64,000 nt of DNA. Origin: Squalus acanthias. Taxonomy: Eukaryota. The notes beneath the pieces were generated by a model. The model made no database searches, was not told where the DNA came from, and saw nothing but the letters and a program-made list of their open reading frames with translations. The stretch is from assembly GCA_030390025.1 (NCBI GenBank), contig CM059432.1:97900001-97964000 (forward strand), read 5' to 3'. Below, in pieces: positions 19,341 to 30,500 of the stretch; positions within the stretch are counted from its first letter, which is position 1, and every line of letters begins with the position of its first letter. A program made the position numbers and the translations under genes.

Positions 19341-21064
19341 TGTAAGGGATTCCTGACCCTGCGTGTCTCGCAGCCTGTGAGATTCACGCGGCTCTGTGCA
19401 GCCTGTATGTCAGTGCGGGTCTAGGCCTGGTTGCCTGTTCTGGTCTCCAGCCAGTCTGGGAACACTAGACACACCTGTGAGTGGTTCGAATCACTCTCCC
19501 TTACGGTTCTAGACACTGGACTTAGATGCGAGAGCAGTAATGGAGGTAAAACTCATGTAGACTTGGTTTGAATGGTACGAAATGGAAAATCTTTATTGCA
19601 TGATACTTAAAATTATGAAATACATGTCATAAGCACAGATTAATGACAGTACAATCTTACAAACAGTTATATAGTCGATCTTAGGGAAACGAGGAACGAA
19701 CGGCACAAAGTAAATAGGGGCACACATTACAAATATCCTTAATCCTTAAACCCTCCCCTATCAATATCTATCCTAAACTAGCTTCGTAGGATCTCGAGAC
19801 TCATGCTCACCCCTCGTGATAACTCGGAGAAATTCCGAATAGCTGATCGGATGTTTTTCACCGCAGCACCCACGTGTCGGTCAGGAGATCTCCTGGTCCC
19901 ACTTGTTTACTTGCTTCTGCTGCTCCGGCTAGCAGGCTGGACCGTCTGCTGTGATGAAGACCTGTGTTGGTTGGCTTAACAGGTACTCTTGGAGCACAGT
20001 TGTCAATATCATCGATACGATGTGTTTTCACGTTCCAGTCTCCTTAGACACAGTCCCGTTATCGTCGATGCAATATGTTTTTGTTAAAAGTTCAAAATAG
20101 AAATCTTCCTGGCGAGGAAAACTTGGCTAATCGACCTACAGGCGCGGTCGGGATTTACTGACCGTGGCGATGGATATGGTCTTCCTCTCTTCTCATCTCA
20201 TCTCATCTCATCTCATCTCATCTCGGGCCTTCGGTTCCGCTGCCAGTTACCAACATAGGTCTTCGTTACGCGACACGAGGTAGATCCGAACGGATCAGAA
20301 AGTTCAACAGTCTTTTCAGAAGAGGCAACAGGCAAGCAGAAGCCCAACTACGAGTACACAGGAGCAGCCACGAGGTTACGAATCGACCGGATAAAAACAC
20401 AGGAGCAAGCGAGCGAATGCAAGAGCAAGAGAGAGAATGGACGGTTTGGAGCCTGCAATTATAGTGCAAAAATCTTCCGTTTCCCGCCCAACTATAATGT
20501 CCATTCTTTTGTTTAGGGTTTGGCGCCCAAATGTCTTGTATGGGTGATCTCCGTTCTTAATGGGTTTCGGGGCTACTCGTAAATGTCTGAGTACCTGTTA
20601 ATATTTCTCCCATTGTTAAATCGGTCGGTGTTCTCCCTGGAGGGGTTTGGGGCTTCCAAGTGTCCTGTATAACTACCTGCTAACGGCTCTCTCATCGTAG
20701 AGTCGTTGGGATTTTACATATTAATGTCCTTTGGATGGGCCCTTGATTACTCGGTACAATGGCTTTCCTTTGTACCTGGGAGACCGATTCCAGTATCTAT
20801 GTTTATACTGCAAACCCATAATGTCTCGTGTATTATCTTCACTGTGCTGCATCTTAATCGATCTTGCACAAATGTTTATTGGAACGCCATCTTGTCTGCC
20901 TGTTGAAAAGTCTAGAATGTTCTGTCACGAGGTGCGGCGGCCATTTTACAGGCTGCTTGTGTCCAATTTAAACCTGCCAGCATTCTGCTGAAATAAAAGC
21001 TGTTTGAACGAAACTTTGTGTTTTCTCCTTATTAATCAAATCGCGATATATTGCGAATTCTACA
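19341..21064 (-). repeat. 5' LTR (1724 bp)
   Basis: Direct repeat of 9142-10865; candidate GC box (GGGCGGG) followed by TATAAT at about 20490-20458 on the minus strand. Confidence 0.97.
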
Positions 21065-21494
21065 AGCTTTACCTCTTTGTGCCCTCATGTACGATATCTT
21101 GGATCCCAAAGACTATTTTGCAGCTCTATCACTTTGTCCTGCCACTTTTAAAGATTTATGCATCTCATTTCTTAAGACTCTTAATTCCTCGATTTCTTTT
21201 TCAAACGAAATACTATTTAGTTTATGGCCCTGAAATGATTTGGCCATTCAAGTGCCAGAACTCCAGTGGTTCCGGCAGGAGTCCAACAAAACAGTTGCAA
21301 ACTCCACCTGGACCTGGAAATGCCAGGTCCTGGCATAACTTTGGAGTTTCCAGTGGCTTTGTTTGGGAGTGAAAAGTCTACCCATCCCAAACAAGGCCAC
21401 TGACATAGACGGGGTGGGACCAAGGGCAGGGATTCATTGCACTGGATATTCCTACTCACTTCCTCAGAGGAACCCAACGTGAGTTTGGAAGTTC

Positions 21495-22514
21495 GGAATT
21501 CTGATCTATAAAATCCCCCTATACACACTTGAGATCCAACAGAATTCATCTCAATTGTACATGTGTGATTTTTCAGTGCACATGCAGTAGAGGTGAATCA
21601 CACCGGATTCAAAGGCAGTCCTGTGGTTTACTTTCCTATTGTTACTCTTCGTGCCTCTGGCTGCCTAAGTGAGATGAGCCGTTCCAGCCTCCTGAAGTAT
21701 GGAACTCGGCCCCATTAGTGCATTCAGGCTGGGCTCAGGGCCTGGACCCAGATCCCTGAAGATCAGACAAGGAACTTTCATTAAAGGTTTTAAAGCGGCC
21801 CCCTGACACAGAGGAGCCACTGGGGCCATAATTTGTTGCTTTCCAAGGAGATAGCAGTCCCTGAACCTGCCAGCTTTTGCTCATGTTTTGTGGGGTGGGG
21901 GGGGAGGGCTCTCAAGATATACAGATATGCCTCCTACGACAGCCGCTCCTAGAGGATGCTCCCCCTGACCCCATGAAGTTTGGTGGGGTCAGTGGCGGAG
22001 TTCTGCAGTGGACATGATCTTACAGTAACTGCCAGGATTGTACCTCTGTGGATTTTTGGGCCCAAATGTCCTTTCCTGGTGCATTCTTTCAAAATGTATC
22101 ACCTCACATATAATTTCATTTGACATCTATCTGCCCAGTCTATTAACTTGTCCAGGTTCTCCTGAAGTCACTTTGTCCTCTTCACAGTTAACCACGTTCT
22201 CTATTTTGGGGTCATCTGCAAATGTTGACATTGTGCGGCCTATATCTGAGTCCCCTAATTGCCAACTTTTCGTGTTTTGAGGAAGCCATCAACTTTTTGG
22301 GTGCTCGTTTGCACCACTAAAGCAGTGCTTGAAGTGCTTGTGGAATTCTGACCTATAAAATCCCCCTATACGCACTTGAGATCCAACAGAATTCATCTCA
22401 ATTGTACATGTGTGATTTTTCAGTGCACATGCAGTAGAGGTGAATCACACCGGATTCAAAGACAGTCCTGTGGTTTACTTTCCTATTGTTACTCTTCGTG
22501 CCTCTGGCTGCCTA
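21495..22514. repeat. Local 173-bp direct duplication (21495-21667 / 22342-22514)
   Basis: Three mismatches seen between copies. Confidence 0.9.
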
Positions 22515-25500
22515 CCCCTTACCCAGCTGCTGCACATGTGAGAGTGCACAGGACTATTAATGCAGCTGTGAGACAAGAACTCAATCTGTGACATTGCATT
22601 GAAGGTAGAACATTAATGCAAGACCTGTTTATACTCAGCCCTGGAAGTTACATTTATTTCAAATCATAACAGCTTGACCCAAATATGACTCTCTTTCCCA
22701 GTTTATGGTAATGACTGGCCTGGTTCTTGTACTGGAAGAAACTAAACTGAATAAAATTACCTGAACAACACAAGTGCTGATTTTCAAATTATGGTTTCAG
22801 CCCACAGCAGATTTCTATAAGCCATTGACATTAAGTTTCCTGATTCACAGAAAGAAGAGGTGGGAGATTTTACATTGAAATACAAAGTAAATAAATTCGC
22901 CAACATTTACACTGGAACAATCATTGTGATCATGCTGTAGAATTACAGGAAATAAGTATTTGCAACACATGTAGAAAGAAATGCAAACAGCACAATAAAC
23001 TGTTGAAAACTAGATTACTTAAAAGTATTGGCCAGGGCACCAGGACAACTGAAAATGCTGGAGACGCTCAGCAGGTCAGGCAACATCTGTGGGGAAAAGA
23101 AAAATAAAGTTAATGGCCCAAAAATTCGTGAGGAAGCCTTCGTGCGAGGGTAAGGCCTCCCCGCGATCTCTCACTCCGCGTTGGCTTTTTCAGTTCCAGC
23201 TCGCACGAACTTGATGTTCTGGACAGCTGCTGTGCTGGGCTTGCGTATCCCACCGGCGTAGTTAATTCGTGTGAGCTGTGGGATCACGTGACTCAGTTAG
23301 AGCCAATGGCAGCACACCATCTTCCATTCATAACTTTCACATAAGTGCTGTGAAAGTTATGAATACTATAGCCCCCCAAAAGAACCGCTAAACCTCAATT
23401 AAATTTTTTTTAAAAACCATCACATTAATAAAATAAGTATAGTTAAATAAATTAACCATTTTAAATAAAAAATTAAATTTTTGAAAAAATTTAAAATCTT
23501 TTAAAAAGTTATAAAAATAAACTTACCTGTCTTTTAAAGTCTCTAAAAAAGATATACCTGTTAAAAAAATTCAAAATAATACTTAATTCACTACTTACCT
23601 TGTTAAAAGTGGGTCTTACTCCTCCCTTTTTTTATGTGTAGAATCTTCCGTACTTACCTGCGCGTTGAAACCACTAAGTGCACTGCATGCGCGCAGCCTG
23701 TAGCGCGCACGCGGTGCACCTAGGACCCGCCCCCTTTTCCATTCACCAAGTGCCGGTTTTCAGCGCATGCGCAGTGCATGCAGAAAACCGGCAATTGGAG
23801 ACAGAATACGCGAGAGTACACAGTGGGCCATTGTTTCTGGTAAAAGGCTATTGATGCTGGTTCAATTGAAATTTTCAAAATTGAGATCAGTAACATTTTA
23901 TTTTTATTATTCATTCACGGGATGTGGGCGTCGCTGGCAAGGCCAGCATTTATTGCCCATCCCTAGTTGCCCTTGAGAAGGTGGTGGTGAACCGCCTTCT
24001 TGAACCACTGCAGTCAGTGTGGTGAAGTTACTCCCACAGTGCTGTTAGGGAGGGAGCTCCAGGATTTTGACCCGGCAACGATGAAGAAACGGTGATATAC
24101 TACCAAGTAAGGGTGGTGTGTGAATTGGAGGGGAACTTGGAGGTGATGGTGATGGTGTTCCCATGCACCTGCTGCCCTTGTCGTTTTAGGTGGTAGAGTT
24201 TGCAGGTTTGGGAGGTGCTGTTGAAGCCTTGGCGAGTTGCTGCAGTGCATCTTGTAGATGGTACACACTGCAGCCACGGTACGCCGGTGGTGGAGGGAGT
24301 GAATGTTTAAGGTGTTGGATGGAATGCCAAACAAGGGGGCTGCTTTGTTCTGGATGGTGTCGAGCTTCTTGAGTGTTGTTGGAGCTGCACTCATCCAGGC
24401 AAGTGGAGAGTATTCCATCACACTCCTGACTTGTGCCTTGTAGATGATAGAAAGGCTTTGGGGAGTCAGGAGGTGAGACACTCGCCACAGAATACCCAGC
24501 CTCTGACCTACTCTTGTAGCTACAGTATTTATTTGGTTGGTCCAGTTAAGTTTCTGGTCAATGGTAACCCACAGGATGTTGATGGTGGGGGAATTCAAGG
24601 ATGGTAAGAGGCAGTTAGACTCTCTCTTGGTGGAGATAGTCATTGCCTGGCACTTCTGTGGTGCAAATGTTACTTGCCACTTACCAACCCAAGCCTGAAT
24701 GTTGTCCAGGTCTTGCTGCATGCAGGCATGGACTGCTTTACTATCTGAGGAGTTGTGAATGGAACTGAACACTGCAATCATCAGTGAAAATCCCCATTTC
24801 TGACTTTCTGATGGAGGGAAAGTCATTGATGAAGCAGCTGAAGATGGTTGAGCCGAAGAAAATTCCCTGAAGAACTCGTGCAGCGATGTTCTGGGGCTCA
24901 GGTGATTGGCTTCCAACAACCACAACGATCTTCCTTTGTGCTAGGTAAGACTCCAGCCAGTGGAGCGTTTTCCCCGATTCTAATTGACATCAGTTTTACT
25001 AGGGCTCCTTGATGTTTTACTCGGTCAAATGCTTCCTTGATGTCAAGGGCAGTCACTCTCACCTCATGTCTGGAATTCAGCTCTTTTCTCCATGTTTGGA
25101 CCAAGGCTGTAATGAGGTCTGGAACCGAGTGGTCCTGGCAGAGCCCAAACTGAGCATCGGTGAGCAGGTTATTGGTGAGTAAGTACCGCTTGATAATACT
25201 GTTGATGACCCCTTCCATCACTTTGCTGATGATTGAGAGTAGGCTGATGGGGCGGTAATTGGCTGGATTAAATTTGTCCTGCTTTTTGTGGACACGACAT
25301 ACCTGGGCAATTTTCCACTTTGTCGCGTAGATGCCAGTGTTGTAGTTGTACTGGAACTGCTTGACTAGAGGTGCGGCTATTTCTGGAGCCGGGATTTTGT
25401 CGAGGCCCATAGCCTTTGCTGTATCCAGTGCACTCAGCCTTTCTTGATATCAAAAGGAGTGAATCAAATTGGCTGAAGACTGGCTTCTGTGATGGTGGGG

Positions 25501-26973
25501 ACCTCAGGAGCAGGCCGAGATGGATCATCCACTCGGTACTTCTGGCTGAAGATGGTTGCGAACGCTTCAGACTTGTCTTTTGCAGTCATGTGCTGGGTTC
25601 CGCCATCATTGAGGATGGGGCTGTTCATGGAGCCTCCTCTTCCCGTTAGTTATTTCATTGTCCACCACCATTCACGACTGGATGTGGCAGGACTGCAGGG
25701 CTTTGATCTGATCGTTGGTTCGATGATTGCTTAGGTCTGTCTATGGCGTGCTGCTTCCACTGTTTAGCATGCATATAGAATCATAGAATGGTTACAGCAC
25801 AGAAGGAGGTCATTCGGCCCGTCAAGCCCGTGCCAGCTCTCTGCAAGAGCACTTCAGCTAGTCCCACTTCCCCGCCCTTTCGTCGTAACCCTGCAATTTT
25901 TTTTCCTCCAGGTACTCATCCACTTCCCTTTTGAAAGCCACAATTGAGTCTGCCTCCACCAACCTCTCAGGCAGTGGATTTCAGATCCTAACCACTTGCT
26001 GCGTGAAAAAGCTTTTCCTCATGTTGCCTTTGGTTCTTCTGCCAATCACCTTAAATCTGTGTCCTCTGGTTCTTGACCCTTCCACCAATGGGAACTGTTT
26101 CTCTCTATCTACTCTGTCTAGACCCCTCATGGTTTTGATCACCTCTATCAAATGTCCTCTCAACCTTCTCCGCTAAGGAGAACAACCCCAGCTTCTCCAG
26201 TCTATTCACGTAACTGAAGTTCCTCATCCCTGGAACCATTCTTGTAAATCTTTTCTGCACCCTCTCTAAGGCCTTCACATCCTTCCTAAAGTTCTGTGCC
26301 CAGAATTGGACACAAGGGGCTGGATTTTACCAGCCCTGAGGAGGTGTGTCTGGAGGCGGAACTGCTGGGAAAATCCCCAAAAATGGGAGTGGGTCCCAAA
26401 CAGGTAGTTAACAGGCAGTTAAGAGGCTTTTTCCCATTTTTCCACTACTGCTGCGGGCTTCCCGATGTCAGGGAATCCCGCCAGGATAAGTGAGGCGTGA
26501 TGTGGATGTACTGTAATTTTTGTGTATATATGACAGCTGCAGAAGTGGTTTAAAGGATTCAATGGGACACTGGTGAGTATCAGAGGTAAGGAAAAGTTAT
26601 GAAAGTAATATTTAATGGGGTAGAAATTAGGTCGCGCCCCATTTGGGGCGCAAATATCGTCCGCGCGCAAATATTAGCGCCTGGCGCTAATTATCGGCAC
26701 TGACAGGAAACTTCACTTTTACCGCCCCGGGAGGTGAGTGGAGTGCTAAATTAGGCGCTGCACACCTCTCTTAAGGCGCAAAGGCCTAGGAGTGAGGCGC
26801 TAACTCAGCGCACGAGCGCAGCGCAGCTGCTGCCAGTTAGCGCGGGAACACAGACACACTGGCGCCGGACACTTCTTAAAGCGGGGGGGGCCACTTGCTC
26901 CCCAGCCACACCCTGCTCATTGCAGCCTTGAATCTCAGCCTGGAGAGACCTGTAATCCATTTTGCTGCCAAGC

Positions 26974-29045
26974 ATGGAGAGGGTGAGAGAACGCGCTCAT
27001 CGCTTCACCGAGCGGGCCTTGGATGCTCTGGTTGACGCAGTGGAGCGCAGACGATGCATGCTGTTCCCAGAGAGTGGCAGGAGGCCTTTGCCACGCGAGT
27101 TCAGAAGAGTGTGGAGGGAGGTGGCTCAGAGCGTCTCCTCCAGGAGCATGGTGCCCAGGACCCATGTCCAGTGCCGCAAAAAGTTCAACGACCTCACTCG
27201 GGTCGTCAGGGTGAGTGGCTTTTTCTCAATACCTCTCCATCCCTCCATCTCAACCTCACTCTATGGCCAGAGGGTCTTAAAACCCCAATGCACAACACTC
27301 ATCCAACACCTATGGCCCTTTCATCAAACACACACACACATTCCACACTTTGCATACAGTAAGGGCTATTCACCTATGGGAGGCACATCAGGCAAGACCA
27401 TGGCTGCATACAGTAAGGGCTATTCACCTATGGGAGGCACATCAGGCAAGACCATGGCTGCATACAGTAAGGGCTATTCACCTATGGGAGGCACATCAGG
27501 CAAGACCATGGCTGCATATTGTAAGGGCTATTCACCTATGGGAGGCACATCAGGCAAGACCATGGCTGCATATTGTAAGGGCTATTCACCTATGGGAGGC
27601 ACATCAGGCAAGACCATGGCTGTATATTGACTCAGATGCTGTCCTTTTTCTTGCAGGCTAAGCTGGCTCATAATCGGAGACAGCAGCAACGGACGGGTGG
27701 AGGGCGGCTTCAGCTGCAACCCCTCAGCGATCTGGAGGAGCGCGTCCACAGGATTGTGGCAAGCCGGGTGATCGGTCCCGTCGCCACTGGAGACGCCGAC
27801 CCCGTTGTGGACAGCAATGGTAAGGTCATCACCTTTTTGTCCTCTGTCCTTCCACTTGTCCCTCACAATACCAGCCTTTGACACTTTCAATCCAACTTGC
27901 TAACTCGCTGCACTTATTCCTCCCTTACTGCCACCCTGTCCTCACGCTAAAGCCACTCTTGTACCTCCCTGCTTTCAGATGGTGATTCACCAGCTGAGGA
28001 GATGGTCCCTGAAGCTGCCACTGGGAGTGATGCTGCAGCTGAGGAGGAAGAGGAAGCCGGAGCATCAGTGCCACCCTCTCCCGAGGAAGCCCATGGCCAC
28101 ACTGGGAACACGCCTTCCCCGGAGGGGAGCAGGGGGGAAGGGGCTGATGATGGTGAAGTTCCAGGACCCAGCGGGCTGCAGCAACGCCATGGGGGGGGAG
28201 GGAAGAACGGGGGAGCAGGGGGGAAGGGGCTGATGATGGTGAAGTTCCAGGACCCAGCGGGCTGCAGCAACGCCATGCGGGGGGGGAGGGAAGAACGGGA
28301 GCCTTCTCCCCAGAGGGAGAGTATGCCAGACACTCCTAATGCAATGGACGCAGAGGAGGAGCGGCTGATTGCAGAAATGAACAGCCAGGCGGTGGTCATG
28401 CACACTGAGCTCATGGGTGCAGTGGGAAGGGTGCCAGAATGCATTGAGGCACTGGCAAGGAGTGTGGAGCACTTCGCTGTAGCACAGGCGGATGCCACAC
28501 TAAAGCTTACTGCTGCAATTCAGTCACTGGCTGCCAGGAACCCATCTGAGCCTGCTCTCATGCAGACTCAGATTGAGGCCACGCGAGCACTGACTGCTGC
28601 CATCCTCGATGGTTCGTGCACATGTCCCCGGGGCTGTCACCGCGCCGCAGCAGGCCAGCAATCTGTTCTCAGGCAAATTGCTCCGGATGCTGAAGTGCTG
28701 CCCCGTGGGAGTGCCAGTGTGTCGGGCGAGCAGGGAGTTGCTGTCCTCTCTCACGATGACAGCATTCCTGCTGCCAACACTGTCACTTCTCCACTGCACT
28801 TGCCACCGCCTGTAGGACAGACTGCTGCCGCCCATGCAGAGTTGGTGCAGTCTGCAGCCGGGCCCTCCAGGCCCAGAAGTGGTCGAGGCCGTCCTTCAGG
28901 GGCATCTGCAGTGTCAGGGTCTGACAAGCAGCAGCCTTCCACCAGCCTTGCTGCAGCCACTGAGGTCCCATTACGGAGGAGCAGTAGGGTTAGAAGGGGG
29001 GAAGTGCGCAAGGGAAGGAGATCACCCTCGAAGGGCAAAAAGTAG
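26974..29045 (+). CDS. Harbinger Myb/SANT-like protein, 3 exons (26974-27210, 27657-27819, 27979-29045), predicted 488 aa
   Basis: RFTERALDALV...WREVA...RTHVQCRKKFNDL; GT-AG introns whose phases join into one open frame. Confidence 0.85.
27351..27620. repeat. 54-bp minisatellite x5 in intron 1 of the Myb gene
   Basis: Unit tgcatacagtaagggctattcacctatgggaggcacatcaggcaagaccatggc. Confidence 0.95.
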
Positions 29046-29339
29046 GAGGTGTGCCAAAATGCTGGTCATTTTTTTATTAAAGGCCGAGGTTCATGGCCCA
29101 ACTTTTGTTTAGTGTTTTGGACATTATCTCCAGGTTGTGAGAACCAGTTATGTTATTGACTGTTTTTTTGTGTTTATTTCTATGAGTTTGTCATGAGGAA
29201 TTGACACACACAGAGTTTGTACAATAAATAAGTTTCTGTATTCAAAATATACATGGCTGGTGGTTGGAATTATTGGTGCCTTGGCCGGCTTAGGGGTTGC
29301 GTGCTGGGTTGATTCGTGTTTGTAGCACTGGCAGGGGTC

Positions 29340-30500
29340 CTAGAAGCGGCTTGCTATTAGTCGTTGACGGACGGCCCTTGCAGTTTGACCATTGTGGGCC
29401 GCCCTCCTGCCTTGGTGCTGCTGCTGATCATCGTCCTCGGCCTGTTCCTCCTCTTCCTCCTCCTCCTCTTGTGGTGCTGCAAGGCCTGGTGGCATTGGCT
29501 GCGTCCTGAGGATTGCCATGTTGTGCAACATGCAGCACACCACTACGAATTTGGAAACTTGCTCAGGCGAGTACTGCAGGGCTCCTCCGGAATGGTCCAG
29601 ACAGCGGAATCGTTGTTTGAGCACGCCGATTGTGCGCTCAATAATGTTCCTCGTTGCTTGTTGGCTTTCCTGGTACCGCAGCTCAGCAGGGGTGTTTGGC
29701 GCACGGAGCGGTGTCATCAGCCAGGTGCTCAATGCGTACCCCTTGTCCCCCAGAAGCCAACCAACTGGCTGATGCGGTGCCTCGAAAATTTCTGCCACAG
29801 TACTCTGGCGCAGGATGAAAGCATCGTGGCAGCTGCCCGGATAGTGGGCATTGACAGCGAGAATCACCTGTCTGTGGTCACAGACCAACTGCACATTCAA
29901 GGAATGGAACCCCTTTCTGTTCCGGAACTCCTCTGCATTCTCTCGCGGAGCACGCAAAGCCACATGCGTGCAGTCAATGGCGCCCTGCACCATGGGGAAG
30001 CCCGCTACCCTCGCAAAGCCCATAGCACGGTCATGCTGCTTGTCTGGGGTCATAGGGAAGGAGATGAAGTCTCGTCTCCTTGTGAAGAGGGCATTGGTGA
30101 CCTGCCGGATGCAGCGATGCACCGCAAACTGGGAGATATTGGCGAGGTCCCCAACAGCAGCTTGGAATGAGCCAGTGGCGTAGAAGTTCAAAGCCACTGT
30201 GACCTTCACTGCCACCGACAGAGACGTCCTGGACCTCAGCTGAGGCTGCAGATCTGGCTGCAGCAGGTGGCAGAGCTCAGTGACCACCTCCTTGCTGAAT
30301 CGCAGCCTTCGCAAACACAGCTCCTCGGACATGTGGATGTAGGAGAGCTGTTCACGATATACCCTGGGAGGGTAAGCTCTCCTGTACATGCGCCTGATGG
30401 GCCTCCTCCGTCTGGCCATCATTGCCACTCTCTGTCTGCGTCTCACTCTGCTCCGATTGAGCTGGAGCAGGACGACGCCCCCAATCATTGCAGCCCCCAT
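29340..30500 (-). CDS. Harbinger (HARBI1-like) DDE transposase, 386 aa, intact
   Basis: GAIDCTH, NRKGFHSLNVQLVCD, PGSCHDA, LLGDKGY, IERTIGVLKQRFRCL. Confidence 0.95.
   Translation of the reverse strand: MGAAMIGGVVLLQLNRSRVRRRQRVAMMARRRRPIRRMYRRAYPPRVYREQLSYIHMSEELCLRRLRFSKEVVTELCHLLQPDLQPQLRSRTSLSVAVKVTVALNFYATGSFQAAVGDLANISQFAVHRCIRQVTNALFTRRRDFISFPMTPDKQHDRAMGFARVAGFPMVQGAIDCTHVALRAPRENAEEFRNRKGFHSLNVQLVCDHRQVILAVNAHYPGSCHDAFILRQSTVAEIFEAPHQPVGWLLGDKGYALSTWLMTPLRAPNTPAELRYQESQQATRNIIERTIGVLKQRFRCLDHSGGALQYSPEQVSKFVVVCCMLHNMAILRTQPMPPGLAAPQEEEEEEEEQAEDDDQQQHQGRRAAHNGQTARAVRQRLIASRF

Larger units (their letters stand above)
9142..21064 (-). mobile_element. Endogenous retrovirus-like provirus (LTR-gag-pol-env-LTR); lokiretrovirus/spuma-related candidate
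   Basis: TG...CA LTRs, TSD AGCT (9138-9141 / 21065-21068), PBS, open gag/pol/env. Confidence 0.95.

Noticed and set aside
19337..19387. Upstream extension of gag given by the ORF track
   Set aside because: Non-ATG start lying inside the LTR
22519..22581. Possible minus-strand host exon (AG...GTAAGG, LSSCLTAALIVLCTLTCAAAG)
   Set aside because: No recognisable protein and no partner exons could be linked
27351..27620. CRISPR-like array
   Set aside because: No unique spacers; a plain tandem minisatellite in a eukaryote
29340..30500. Domesticated HARBI1 gene
   Set aside because: Lies within TIRs and a TSD with a partner Myb gene, so it is a transposon copy
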